NCBI GenBank assembly: GCA_025201805.1 | Contig: MU619332.1 | Coordinates: 6,736-70,735, forward strand | Length of the DNA: 64,000 nucleotides | Direction of reading: 5' to 3' | DNA from: Parasitella parasitica NRRL 2501 | Taxonomy: Eukaryota > Fungi > Mucoromycota | Shown: piece by piece, positions 16,736-29,714 of the stretch | Numbering within the stretch: position 1 is the first letter of the stretch | Layout of the letters: each line of letters begins with the position of its first letter | Made by a program: the position numbers and the translations under genes | Notes under the pieces: generated by a model | Databases searched by the model: none | What the model was told of the DNA's origin: nothing | The model's input: only the letters and a program-made list of their open reading frames with translations

Positions 16736-17983
16736 CTATGACGATGTAATAAGTAATAAAAATGCTGTGAGAGTAATCGATATTAGAGGATATAATGATG
16801 GTTTGTTTAATTCAACTGCAACTGATTCTTCAGAACCTGATTTGAGCAAAAAGTTCTTTACCAAGGATCCAATCCAAAAGTGCTGTGATTCTTCAGTGTC
16901 TAACAACCCCTTTTCATCAGCAACCACACCGATTCGCCAGCGTGGGTTCTGTTTAGCATTACTGAGGCCATCACCATCATCATCATCTACTTCGTCGTCA
17001 TCATCAGCATTGTAAAAGCTGTCATCGTTATTATCGGCTTTGGAAGTATTGTTTTTCCCTTTACCAATTGCTTTAAATCGACAATTTCTACAAGGCGGAT
17101 GAGGTGGTGTATAGAATGGGTTCGATAGATCATCTTTTGATATACCAGATACTGAAGATATCCAATCTAATAAACCAGCAGCATTTGTGAAAATTTCGAC
17201 AACTGTATTCTGCTCTCCGTCGACGTGAGCGCTCAAGGGTATCGGGCATGTGAGTTGATCAGGTTTGGCATCACGGGCACCAAATATACGAGTTAGATCA
17301 CCTAGAACGTATGGAACATTGATGGTATGATTCGTAGCAGGGTTTATTACAGATTGATACACAATCAGGGGCCCGCCTGAATCGCCATGGCATGCGACAT
17401 GATTTTCTGTATCTGATCTACTTTCAATATAATCAACACTCTGTGGATCGAATTTGGTAATCTCTAATGGCAACAGCTGCAAAGTTTGCGCTAAATTTCC
17501 TTCCAAATCAGAATAGCCGAATCCAATCAATTCAGCTTTACTTGGCAATGAAAGAGGCATAAATGGAGACCAAAATGGCACTCTTTTCAAACGAGCAGAT
17601 TTTCGTAACGGTGACTCCAATTGTATAATAGCAGCGTCGTACCTGACGTTGAGTGTTCCTGAGACATTGTACAACGGGTGAATTGTCCAATCAATAATTG
17701 CCATAGCTTTTTGTTTGTCGCGATGGATGTCATTGTACAGAGCGAAATAAGGGTTTTTTTCCTTTGCGTAATGCTTGGGGTGGACAGGAGCATCCAAACA
17801 ATGAGCTGCAGTTAATATCAGAGGCGGGTCGTACGAAATCAGTGTACCACCGCAAACATGTGGGTTTCCAATCATGACATAAAACGGATACTTGTATTGG
17901 TTTGTAATGTCTTGACCAAATTGAACAGAATCAATGACATGAAAACAGCATGCTAAAACTATGCATATAATGATGAAATACAT
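16736..17983 (-). CDS. Secreted/GPI-anchored S1 (trypsin-fold) serine protease
   Basis: Signal peptide MYFIIICIVLACCF; CGGTLI, LTAAHC, YDAAIIQL and CHGDSGGP catalytic motifs; hydrophobic C-terminus. Confidence 0.9.
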   Translation of the reverse strand: MYFIIICIVLACCFHVIDSVQFGQDITNQYKYPFYVMIGNPHVCGGTLISYDPPLILTAAHCLDAPVHPKHYAKEKNPYFALYNDIHRDKQKAMAIIDWTIHPLYNVSGTLNVRYDAAIIQLESPLRKSARLKRVPFWSPFMPLSLPSKAELIGFGYSDLEGNLAQTLQLLPLEITKFDPQSVDYIESRSDTENHVACHGDSGGPLIVYQSVINPATNHTINVPYVLGDLTRIFGARDAKPDQLTCPIPLSAHVDGEQNTVVEIFTNAAGLLDWISSVSGISKDDLSNPFYTPPHPPCRNCRFKAIGKGKNNTSKADNNDDSFYNADDDDEVDDDDGDGLSNAKQNPRWRIGVVADEKGLLDTEESQHFWIGSLVKNFLLKSGSEESVAVELNKPSLYPLISITLTAFLLLITSS

Positions 17984-18163
17984 CTTTTTTTTTTTTTTTT
18001 TTTTTTTTTGTAGCTTGGAAATAGAAAACAATAGAAAAGAAAAAACGATGTTTTCACAAAACCTTACGTATATAACGAGAAATTGCTGTCAAATAACATA
18101 CATAGCATTCCCTGTAAATGTGGTATTTATATAAAAGCCCCTTATAAATATTATTATTTGTTG

Positions 18164-20347
18164 CTAATAGTTATAGGCTTGTTGTGGTTGACCTGGAAAT
18201 CCAGGAGTTGTTTGAGGGGCAACATATTGCTGCTGTTGTTGTTGTTGTTGTTGTGGAGGTTGTTGCTGGACCGGAGGGGAAGGCGAGGTATAATTGACAC
18301 CTGAGTAACCTTCAGGTCCACTAGGCGAAGGCACATAAGCAGCATAATTTTGCTGTTGCGGCGGCTGTTGGCTTACGTCTTGAGAAGAGTAGTCAGAAGT
18401 ACGCTGGAGTTGCTGTTGTTGGCTATCATATGAAGGTTGGTATGGGCTTTGTTGAGCATTATAATCATATTGAGGTTGTTGTTGCTGGTGTGGTTGAGGA
18501 AGTGGAGCACTGTTCACTTGAGGAGTAGCCGTAGTGTTGAAAGCATACATTGGCTGCTGCGATGTTTGATGCTGTGGAGAGGCAGCAGCGGGAGGACTTT
18601 GAGGCTGTTGCTGCTGCTGCTGCTGCTGCTGAGGCTGACCAGACGGTGGCTGATAATTGACATAAGGCTGCGACGAGTATGCTTGATATCCAGAGTAAGG
18701 TTGCTGGGTTTCAGGTTGAAAAGAGTGGTGGTTAGGTAGATATCCGCTGTAGGCACCTGCAGACAATGAAGAGTATCTAGCGACCGAATTGGAAAGCATG
18801 CTATCATACATAGTTCTAGCTTGCATGAATTTTTCATTTAAAGCAACCAATTCATCTGCACAATATATTAATTCTCTGGCACTAGCCTGTTCATATAGCA
18901 CTAACCTTTCTTCAAACTATACTTCTCAATTAATTTGACAAGCTTGGGCCTGATGGAAAGAGTGCTGTTATACAGATTCTGAAGTTCTTCATTATCTGAA
19001 AACGAATCCTTGGCACGAGGATCATTGCTAGAGAGCAATTCCAATAAGCGGTCAATGTTACGAGTTTCATTCATAACATCATTCTCGACAGAAGCTTCTT
19101 TCAACAAATCAGAAGGGGAGGGATCTACGATCTTCTCAACATAATTCACAGGGAAGATGCCTGTCTTTCCACGCAATTCACCCTTCCACCAATCACGGTA
19201 AACACTCTCGATAACACGAATGATGTCTCCCTTCTCAAAACCAAGTTCGCCTTGCTCTGTAGGTTGAAAGTCATATAAAGCTCTAACTCTGGAAATCTGA
19301 GGAGTCTTATCTTCCTCTTTCGCCTAAAATAAATGAAAGTTAATGCTTGCATCATATGTCATTTGACCATTTGAATCTACCTTGGATGATGCATTGTTTG
19401 AAGAGGCTATAGTAGCTGAAGCCGCAGGAGCTGCAGACTAGCAGGATTACGTACATCAATATTGGCTTCTCCGCATTTTTCATTTAAAAATCTACTCACT
19501 TTATAAGAAGGACGGTTCTCTGACTCAGAAAGAGACAATGCCAAAGCAAGTTGGAACTCTTCTTCCTCTTTCTGTTTATCCAATTCAGACTAGTTTAATA
19601 AGAAATAGTCAAGCTGCAGTCTTGGCATATTTAGCAAATTTTCTTACTTGAGTAAACTCCTTTTTCGGTTTCTGAGGTGATGGGAATTGAATGCCCTCAG
19701 CCCGCAATGATTGATATACATCGCCCATTATTCCAAGCGAGGAATCAGTTCTAAATTCAAACGAGCACATTTGAATAAACTCCAAAATCCTTGTTCTGAC
19801 CTTTGCGTGAACAGTCTATGTAACGTAAACATGATTAGTCAATGTGCTGCGGTTTGGAATGAGCTTCACTCTTACTTTCTCATGGACAAGGTCTGTTAAT
19901 GTGTTGGTAAATGAGCGAGAAGAGATTTCACGATGTACTGTTATGTTGCAATTTTTAACCAAAGCTTCAGCCAACTATGCAAACAAGTCGAGTGTTAAAG
20001 TCCTGGACATAATCAATCAGACAAAAATAGTTACAGCAATAGCATAAAGTTGAACGTTTGGATTTTTGTTCTTCAAGCGAGTTTCCACCGCCGCGATACA
20101 ATCTCTTGCACTAAAGAAAGGTTTAGTACAATGCGATTTTCGACCTGAATCACAGCGACACATACCCGTCAGGAGAATGAGAGACTTTATCAGTTACGGC
20201 CAAGATAAACTCCCAATTCTCAACTGTGAGATTTTCGTCGGTTGCGGTGGCTACATTTTATGTTGAGTAAACTGCATCTTATGTGCTTGAAACGAAACAA
20301 AACTTACCAACAAGCTTATCAAAAGGATTATTTGCTCTTGAAAACAT
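18164..20347 (-). CDS. HSE1: ESCRT-0 subunit Hse1/STAM (VHS-UIM-SH3-GAT, Q/P/Y-rich tail), multi-exon
   Basis: VHS ATATDENLTVENWE..NPNVQLYA, UIM EEEEFQLALALSL, SH3 VRALYDFQPTEQGELGF..WWKGELRGKTGIFPVNYV. Confidence 0.93.
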
Positions 20348-22596
20348 GATTTTTCGATAGAAATAGGAAAAAGAGTAAAAGGAGATAAATATTCATAGTA
20401 AGAATCTCATACTTTTCCTGGACAGAGGATCCAATTATATTCATGACCCGGTGTGCTATTCCAGTGGGAGTTTTGATGTCAGTTGATTTCCATAAGAACT
20501 CAAATAATCGTTAACGAACGTCTATCCCAATAGGTAGTAGAAAAATCCAATCAAGAATATTCTGCGTTATTAAAATTTACAAGCTTCAGCAATGTATGAG
20601 GTTGAGCTCACCATCTTTTTCGAGCGGTTTTGGTCTGCCATTTTGCACGTTCCTACCGGTATGAGATTTTAACTATTGGGATGTTATGAAATGAAGGCGC
20701 TCTTTTCGCATTTTACTTGAATCTAAAGTAAAAAAAAAAAAAAGGCCATCTGAAAAGCTAGATAACAAAAAAATTTTCATACCTGAGAAGTGAGTACATT
20801 TTAGTCGAGACTTTATCAAGCCCATCCAATATTAAATCTATTTGTAAACTAAATACTAGGGTATTGCTTCTCATCTCAATCAACATATTTTTTACATTTA
20901 ACGCAATACAGTTTCTTTAAATAGCCTCTATTGTCGTGGCCTCTAAAATTTTTCTGCAAACTTTTTCCAATTCTCTGCAATAACTTGAGCGAATAAACAA
21001 TGATTGCACAGATAAAAGTGCGAGTACAATACTTGACCACGGCAATAGTAGCTTCGAATTATATTGGGTATTTTTATGATCCCACCTACAATGGACATTA
21101 AAGGTACAAAAACTTGACATTCTAAATAATTGAGGCGCTTATGTTGAGTCGAAATCAAACTAACTATTACAACAATCCTTATGATTGTCAATATCCAACT
21201 ATTACAAAACAACCTTAACTTCAAGGTTATACCGTACCAGCATAAAACCGGCAGTAGCAGCAGCATATGTGATCTCCGACATTGATTTATCGCTAGACAT
21301 GTTTCACGGATGCCAATTTGGATTTGTTTGATACAAATTCATCAATATCCTTAGAACTTCATAATACAACATACCTTATAAACCTAAGTAAGTTTGTAGA
21401 GAATTAAAATTCAAATATAATGGTGTGTAATTTAAATAAAAATTTTACCAAAAATCATGAGTAATTTAAGATTAAAGGAAAACGTGTTTTTCGACTGAAA
21501 CTCTACAACATGCATAATTATTACCTAAAATGGTGATTAGGTATTAAAGATGAAGCAAAATAGAATGTTTTCACTTCATATATACCATAGTAAAAAGTTG
21601 TGTTTTTGTGGTCAAATTCGAGATGCTGTGATTTTCATCCATTTCGCCTTATGAACCTTCATGAAAAATCGTTGAAAATCAGTGATTTCTTTTTTACTTT
21701 TTTTTTTGGGTGGAAATGCATCAGATCAAAGCTGCTAATACTAGAAAGTCATTTGGTGCGGATTTAAGCATTTGAATCGGTCAGGAATGGCATAAATTTC
21801 ATCCGAGTTGTGCAAAACAAGTCTGATAACAAAGTGTGTACTCCACATGCTGGTAAGATGTCTTCCTTCTTTTCAGTTCAATCAGCTTTTTGGAGCTGAC
21901 TAGCAATCCACTGCCCTTTAGAAAACGCTCACCGGATGCCATCAACTTTATCAACAAACAAATTTTTTTATTAGGCCAGGTGGCCGACAAGAAAAGGTTT
22001 GATAGCAATGAGAAGAAGCACGGTTTTTGACCGCTGGTTTTATACAATTGGAATTCCCTCTTGATGCAGTCTATTTCGTCAAGAAGCAGCACGAAACCGG
22101 TGATTGTTCGTAGTTGCTTTGTACAGTCTGCAGCGCAAGCTTTGATTGAAATCGACCCTGACATTTCCAAGACTTTATTTTGCAGTTCAATTATAGACGA
22201 GCGATATTTTAGGCGCTATAGACTATAAACTACACGATACGGTATGTACAGTAGTAGAGCCAATAATGGCAGCACAACTGGAACACTGGTTTGACGTCCC
22301 GCAAGAGAAAACCTTGGTATGAACAACTAGTTTTGGATCCATTGTCGCATCTTTTCTCTCTATTTTTTTTAAAATTTTAATATCCATTAACACTGTTATT
22401 TATTTTGACCAGTATAAGCGTATAAAAAATGGAGTAAAATAATCCAAGTATTATTTTCCTCTTGTACATAAATCAGACATTAAAAACTCAAAAGAACTCT
22501 ATTCGTATACACAAAAGCACAAAAGAAGCGCACTTTTTCACCTTGCGAAAACTTATACGAACGACACAGACACGCACCGATACATACTCATCACAA

Positions 22597-25500
22597 ATGC
22601 AAACAAATATCGATTTCCAGCAACTTAAAGAGATTCAAGAGAACGAAATAGAGGCTTTGAAAGCTATTTTCATGGAAGATTTCCAAGAGGTGGTAAACAA
22701 AACAGCCTGGAAGGTACATGGCATTGAAAAAGAAAACGCTTTCATTATTCCCGTACTCAAGCAATTTTACAGGTATCTCATTCCGATCCAGAGTTCATCT
22801 TGCATCTTTACCCTCTCGGCGTGGAAGAAAGCGAGGCTTATACGACAGTAGACCTCAAAGTACGATTTCCAAAGTCGTACCCAAACAAACCACCCGAACT
22901 TCATCTGCTCAACCCTCGTGGATTATCTAACACCGTCTTGCGTCATTTAGCGCATTCGCTCCAGCAGACTGCCCAGCAACTACTTGGCCAGGAAATGACG
23001 TATGATTTGACCGATCATGTACGTGCCTTTCTGGCTAATCATAATGCGCCACCTCCAGCTGTCCCAAAACTCACGCTGCACGAGCAAATGGTGATTCGCA
23101 ATGAGCAAGACTTGAAGGTGGAGAGAGAGCGTGAATTGGAAGAGCTGGCACGAAAAAGACAAGAACGAGAAGCAGAACTTCGAGTCCAGTCTGACATGAT
23201 GAATGAAAAGATTCAGCAAGACATTGAGCGGAAAAGAGAGCATGCTCGAGTCGCTAGACAACATCGGCAGGAATTTGGGTTCTCGAATGGTGGTGAGGCC
23301 ATTGTAGACGACGACTTTCATGCTCACTTTGACAGCTCGGATGCGCTAAACAACTTGGACAGCAGCGATATCAAAATGATCAATTTTGAGAATCTGATAA
23401 CAGTAGCTATCGAAAAGGAAGAAAATGGAATTATACCAAAGAGAATCTGCTTCCATACGGTTGCAATTGGACCTTGTGTTGGAAAAGGTGTTGTAGGCGA
23501 AACTTTCTCCGCACAACCGTTGAACTATAAATTGATAGGCGAAGGTGGTAACACAACAATGGATGTGGATAGTCTGGTCCTGCCAAGTCTTTTGGCTGTC
23601 AAACGAGTAGTCGTAACTGGATCATACTATACTACTCAAGCAGGAAAGAGAAAGCTGCAGGACGTCGAGAGAGAGCTGGATAGACTGCGTACAATACAGC
23701 ACCCACACATACTCAATGTGTACGATGCTCGCTTAGATCGTAATCATATTGACCGAAATACCTGGACTTTGCATATTTTGATGGAGTATGAACAGGGCGG
23801 TAGTTTGCATGATTTACTCAAAAAATGCGGTGGTGGTCTGCGATTGGCAATTGTTCGTAAATACATGAAGCAGCTGTTATGGGCTTTGAATCATATCCAC
23901 CTTAATGGATTCATCTGTAAAGGTATTGTGTAGAGGACTCCATCAATTTTTGGGGGTGGGGGTACATACTGATGTTCCAATAGATATTCGATCCAATAGT
24001 ATCTTTTGTGGCAACAACCAATCTGTCAAATTGGCTGATGTTAGTTACAACAAGCGTTTGCATGGCAAGTAGTGTAATTTTCTTTGCTCGTTAAACATGT
24101 CATGTTGACTCGCTATGAATAGACTTGAATAAATCAAACTTTTTGATTGAGGCCGATGATGCGGAAACACCAAGGGCAGAGTCAACATCAGCATGGAGTT
24201 CACCTGAATTGAGGGAGCGGCCAGGCGTGTACGGCAGGAAAAACGATATTTGGTGTCTCGGTATTGTTTTTATAGAAATGCTGTGGGGCATTGACGTTAC
24301 CAAGGAATTTGGAGATTTTGATGCCTTTCTGCGCACTGCTGGATCAGAATTACCAGCTATCGCCAATGATTTTGCAAAGAGATTGTTAGAGCCTGATCCA
24401 AGAAAGAGGCCTACTGCTATTGACTTGATGAACGATGCGTTCTTTTCTGGAGATAACGAAGCCATGATATCCGAACAAGCTGCACCTCCTGTATTCTCTG
24501 CCAATGTTGCTCCACATGTAAATTCCAGCAAACTCAACCATGCAGATCACAATATCGCTCCTCCTCCTCTCCCTCAACTGTTCGAGCCATCTGTGGCTCC
24601 CGATTTCAACAGATCCATCTATCCTCCCGACAACCATAACCGAATGGCGACAACCATAGCTGTAAATACACAGCACCCCCACACACACGGCCAGAACTTT
24701 TCCTCTTCTGATGCTAACCCTGCACCAATCATCAGCACTTCTCGATACAGGACAGATTTTGAAGAAATCGAGTTTTTAGGAAAAGGTGGATTTGGCGAAG
24801 TGATCAAAGCTCGAAATCGATTAGACGGCCGACTGTACGCCATCAAAAAGATTCGTCTAGATCCTCGAGACAGCGAAGATCTGCGCAAGATTTTAAGAGA
24901 AGTGCACTCGTTATCCAGTCTTCACCATCAGTATGTCGTCCGATACTTTGCTACTTGGTTTGAAGACGAGGACGGGGCCAGTTTCAAAGGCAGTGATGAT
25001 GAGAGCTTATCTGATGAATCAGAATCAGAATACGACGATGAAGAAGACGGCGATGTCAGTGCTTACAAGCAGCAGTTTCATGACTTCTTGTCTGTGGATA
25101 ATCATAAATCCAAAAGCAAAAGCAAGAGTTATTCAGCCATTCAGTTTGACGATGATGGAGATGAAAGCAGCAGCGAAGAAGAAGACGAAGATAATTCCGA
25201 GCTGTACGAAGACGAAAGCACTACAGGCTATAATTCAGACAATTTTATCTCTTTTGCCCACAATGGAGAGACAGATGGAGACAGCACCAGCGATGCGACC
25301 GCAGATACAGTGTCAACAAAGAAGCAGCATCTCGTTCGTAAAGCATTCAACAACCTCAAAAAGAAATCTGAAGAAAAGAGCACAGAGAGCCAAAAGAGAA
25401 ATCATCAGCAGCGTACTCGAGTCTTGTATATTCAGATGGAATATTGCGAGAAGAAAACGCTCCGGGATGTCATTGACGAGGGTATTGATGAGCAGGAGGC

Positions 25501-28402
25501 ATGGCGTTTGTTCCGTCAGATTCTTGAAGGGCTGGTTCACATCCATTCGCAAGGCATGATCCATCGAGATTTGAAGCCTGCAAACATTTTCTTGGATTCC
25601 AATAACGATGTCAAGATTGGGGATTTTGGTTTAGCTACGACAAACCAAACTTTGGTGGACGGCGCTTTGTTTGCCAAGAATGCTAGCCATCGTATGACGG
25701 ACAAATTCAGCGCGAATTCATCTGTTTTTGCGGCTGGTGCTGCTGAGAGCGCAAATGCTAGCTATACGGGATATTCTGTGTCGAGTGCTCATGTGGGTGC
25801 GGATGAAAGCATGACAACTGGTGTAGGCACAACATTCTATGTCTCCCCTGAGGTGATGCCTGATCCAGCCACTGGTGCTACATCCGGCATGCGATACAAT
25901 CAGAAAGTTGATATGTTCTCGCTTGGTATCATCTTTTTCGAAATGTGCTATGGTCTTTCTACGGGTATGCAGCGAGTGATTGTGCTAAATGAGTTGCGAA
26001 GTGGCAAGTTTCCCGAAGATTTTCCATCAAACTATGTGAACCAAAAGAAGATCATCAAGATATTGCTATCTATTCAACCCAAGGACCGACCCAACAGTTT
26101 CGAACTCTTACGTAGTGACTTATTGCCACCCAAGCTGGAAGATGAATATATCAAAGAATGCGTGCGCACTATTGCTAACCCAAACACGCCGTATTACGAC
26201 AAGCTGATGTCTGCCATGTTTTCTCAGTCAGCTGATCGACACAAGGATTTTACGTACGATTATCAGACTAGCGCTGAAAATTCATTTGACCCCTTTAGCC
26301 ATATCTTTTTTGATTGCATTCGTGAGCAAATGGCCAAAGTATTCAGACGTCATGGTGCTATTGATGTCTCTGCTCCTCTGCTAATACCCAAGAATGATTT
26401 GTACGAATGGAATTGGAAAAACCCAGTGTATTTGATGGATTCTCAGGGTGCACTGAACCAACTGCCATACGACCAGACTGTGCCATTTGCAAGATACATT
26501 GCTCGGCAAAAAGGATTTCCAGAGCTGAAGCGCTTCACGTTTGACAAGGTGTATCGAGAAAACCAGAGTGGCGGTCAGCCTGAAGCTGTATTGGAAGCTG
26601 ATTTCGATATTGTTCATAAAGAAACAGCACCTATGGTTCCTGATGCAGAGGTGCTTAAAGTGGTTGAAGAGGTGTTGGAGGAATTGCCTCCGTACAAGAA
26701 TGGCGGTTTCTATTTCATGGTTAATCACACGGGCATTACAGATATCATTCTTGATAGTTGTCGAGTTCCACCAGACATTCGGAAGGGAGTCTTGGTTGCT
26801 TTGTCTAGCTTAGGACGTGCTCCATCATTTGCTGCTGTGCGCAATATTCTTAAGCTGAAATACCATCTGCAACGTAGCGTACTTGATGAATTATCCATGT
26901 TCAATGTGCATGGCGAATTGGAAAACACTGTCAAGAAAATTGAAGGCCTATTATCCAATGCCCACAAGACTAAATTTAGAGATTGTATTAGTGACCTACG
27001 CACTTTGATGATCGTGAGCAAACATATTGGCATCCACCACAGGATTGTCTTTCACCCGCTTTTAGTGTAAGTTGGATATACAAATACACTTAAAGTGTGT
27101 TGCGGAAAATTAATCCCGATTAATATTCTAGATACAACAACCATTTTTATAAGAATGGTATGGTGTTTGAGACAGTGGCAGACACAATTGATTCGAAACG
27201 TAAGGATGTGCTCGCTGTAGGTGGAAGGTACTGTATTCAATGCGTCACTCATCACACAAAAGCAATGCTGATTGTGTTATAGATACGATTTCCTGGTCCA
27301 ACATTTCGCACATCCTAATGCCACCGCTAATCGAAAATTGCGAGCTGTTGGCGTAAATATTGCAGTTCAAAAACTCATTCGGCATCTGGATATGCACCAG
27401 TCAGAGCAAGTAAAATACCTCATGAAGGCCAAGAATGAAAAGATGAGAAGTTTCGGTCTGTGGGCTCCCAAAAAGTGTGATGTCTACGTTGCTAGCTTTG
27501 GTAAGGTCTTGATCCAGGAACGTCTGGAAATAGTTCAGGAACTTTGGAACCATGGTATCCGTGCAGAGTTCCAGTATAATGATGGTGATTACTTGACCCC
27601 TGAAGATTTGGTGTCTTTGTGTAAGAAAGCAAGTATCAATTGGATTGTTATTGTGAAGCACAAGAACACAGAAAGTAAATCACCTTCTGTATCCGATTCT
27701 ACAACAGTCAAGGTCAAGGATGTTTTACGACGGACGGAGACAGAAGTGAGCAAGTCAGATCTTTGTATTTGGTTAACTACTGAAATCAACGAGCAAATTA
27801 GAGTTGATTCGGTAGCAAGAATAAAGAACAAACATGACTTGAAGTCAAAGGATACATCAGATTCAGGTATAGTTGATGTATACTGTGAGATACAGTCTAT
27901 ATACTAATATCAATTTAGTGCGAAATGATCCCTTCTCTCATGATCTGTCTAAAGGCGATGGATTAGATCAAAAGAAAACAGCTTTTGATGTGAATATTGT
28001 ATTCAATGAGGGGCGTGGCAAAGAGCGAACAAAAATGAAGCACAAACATAAGACTGTGCTTATTGATAAAGGTATGTAAAACAAATACAAAATCTGATTT
28101 ATAACATGGTCCTCATACGCTGAACAGCTATTCATCGTCTTACTCCCATCATGGATGATTTGAAAAAGGACGTCCAAGTAATTGCATTTGATTTACCAAA
28201 GGAAATTGTTAAGCACATGGTAGAACTCTGCTTTTGGCAGGACGATGGATACAAGAAACTCTTAGATCATGCTGGTATTGGTCAGAGAGATACCCTTAAT
28301 AGAGTGAGACATGCAATTCAAAAGCATATTGATGCAAAGCATAAATGTGTGTGGCTTTATTCTCACAAAGATGATTTTGCCTTGTTGTGTGTATTGCCTT
28401 GA
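22597..28402 (+). CDS. GCN2: eIF2-alpha kinase GCN2 (RWD, pseudokinase, kinase, HisRS-like, C-terminal domains), multi-exon
   Basis: [21 protein letters not shown]; kinase [38 protein letters not shown]; HisRS-like [12 protein letters not shown] and LAVGGRYD. Confidence 0.97.
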
Positions 28403-28710
28403 AATAAATTATTACTACAAGCCAGAGCGCTTGTTCCTATATTTTATACAAGTGAAATGACATACTATATCCATAGCAAGTCGTAAATAATGAAGAAAAA
28501 ATATATATACAGTATATCCAGATGCATGAGTATAAATAAAAATTTAAGAAAAGGAGATGGGCTGGTTGTGTAATTCTTGATTCACACATAAGGCAATATA
28601 TAAAGCAAAACGCACGCTGATGGGTCTTTCTCTTATGTGAATTCAAGTTTTTATTATAATTAAGTTGGAACAATATCAACAATGAGTTTATTTACTCTCA
28701 AGTTGTAAAT

Positions 28711-28712
<2 letters not shown>

Positions 28713-28742
<30 letters not shown>

Positions 28743-28743
28743 T
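28713..28743 (+). repeat. (TATG)n microsatellite directly at the SDR stop codon
   Basis: tatgtatgtatg... about 7 units. Confidence 0.9.
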
Positions 28744-29714
28744 TAAATCTTTTCTAAAATCATCTTCTCAGTTACATCCCAAAGCCGCTTCGCCATTTCT
28801 TGATTATTTCCTTGTTCATTCAAAAGGTCTGTGTTGACGGCGTTGTTACTGTAAAATTCGCCCTTTATCACATCAGGAGATACCGCACAATACACATTGG
28901 TAGAGGCTCCAACGTCAACTTGTTTTCTAAACTTTCTTTCATTTAAAGCGACCTTGTATTTCCTCATATTCCAAAACATATCCACGATGGTGGACAAACT
29001 TGCATGCCGGCTCATCAGATTAGTGGCCACACTTCCAGGATGAAGACTAGTTACGGTAATATCCACATTTTCAGCATCAAATCGACGTTGAAGTTCTTTA
29101 GCGTGCAAAATATTGGCCAGCTTAGATTGCCCGTAATGATAATAAGGGCTATAGAACTTTTCTCCATTCAAATTATCGAAATCCAAGCCTTTGGCGCTTA
29201 AAAATATGCTGTTTCCAGATGAACTGACATTGACAATACGAGAAGGTGCACTCTCTTTTAGTCTTTCAGTCAAAAGTGATGTGAGGTAAAAGTGGCCAAC
29301 GTAATTGACTCCAAATTGTGTCTCAAATCCATCTTTTGTGGTTGACTGAGCACATCCCATAATACCAGCGTTATTGATGAGAACATGAAGCGGTATTTTC
29401 AGATCAAGGAAGGCATTTGTGAACAGTTTTATAGACGAGAGATCAGATAAATCAAGCTCCATCGGCACCAGATCAGCATTGGGTACGGTTTCTTGGATGT
29501 ATGCAATGGCTTCTTGAGATTTCTGTAGTGTTCTGCAAGGAATAATAACTTTGGCACCAGCAGAAGAAATTACACGAGCAGTTTCTTGGCCTACTCCAGA
29601 ATTGGCACCTGTAACAATAACAACTTTGCCTGTCAAGTCTGTCTTGTAGAATTGGAGGATACCTGCGGCTGTAGTGTCCCATTCGATTGAAGCAGTTGCG
29701 ATTGTAGTAGTCAT
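28743..29714 (-). CDS. Short-chain dehydrogenase/reductase, retinol dehydrogenase/WWOX-like; intronless
   Basis: TGANSGVG, LINNAG, FGVNYVGHF, YGQSK and SLHPG motifs. Confidence 0.94.
   Translation of the reverse strand: MTTTIATASIEWDTTAAGILQFYKTDLTGKVVIVTGANSGVGQETARVISSAGAKVIIPCRTLQKSQEAIAYIQETVPNADLVPMELDLSDLSSIKLFTNAFLDLKIPLHVLINNAGIMGCAQSTTKDGFETQFGVNYVGHFYLTSLLTERLKESAPSRIVNVSSSGNSIFLSAKGLDFDNLNGEKFYSPYYHYGQSKLANILHAKELQRRFDAENVDITVTSLHPGSVATNLMSRHASLSTIVDMFWNMRKYKVALNERKFRKQVDVGASTNVYCAVSPDVIKGEFYSNNAVNTDLLNEQGNNQEMAKRLWDVTEKMILEKI

Noticed and set aside
24100-27831. Multiple antisense and off-frame ORFs overlapping GCN2 (and similar ones over muskelin, HSE1, YRA1)
   Set aside because: Shadow ORFs of real coding sequence with no independent motifs
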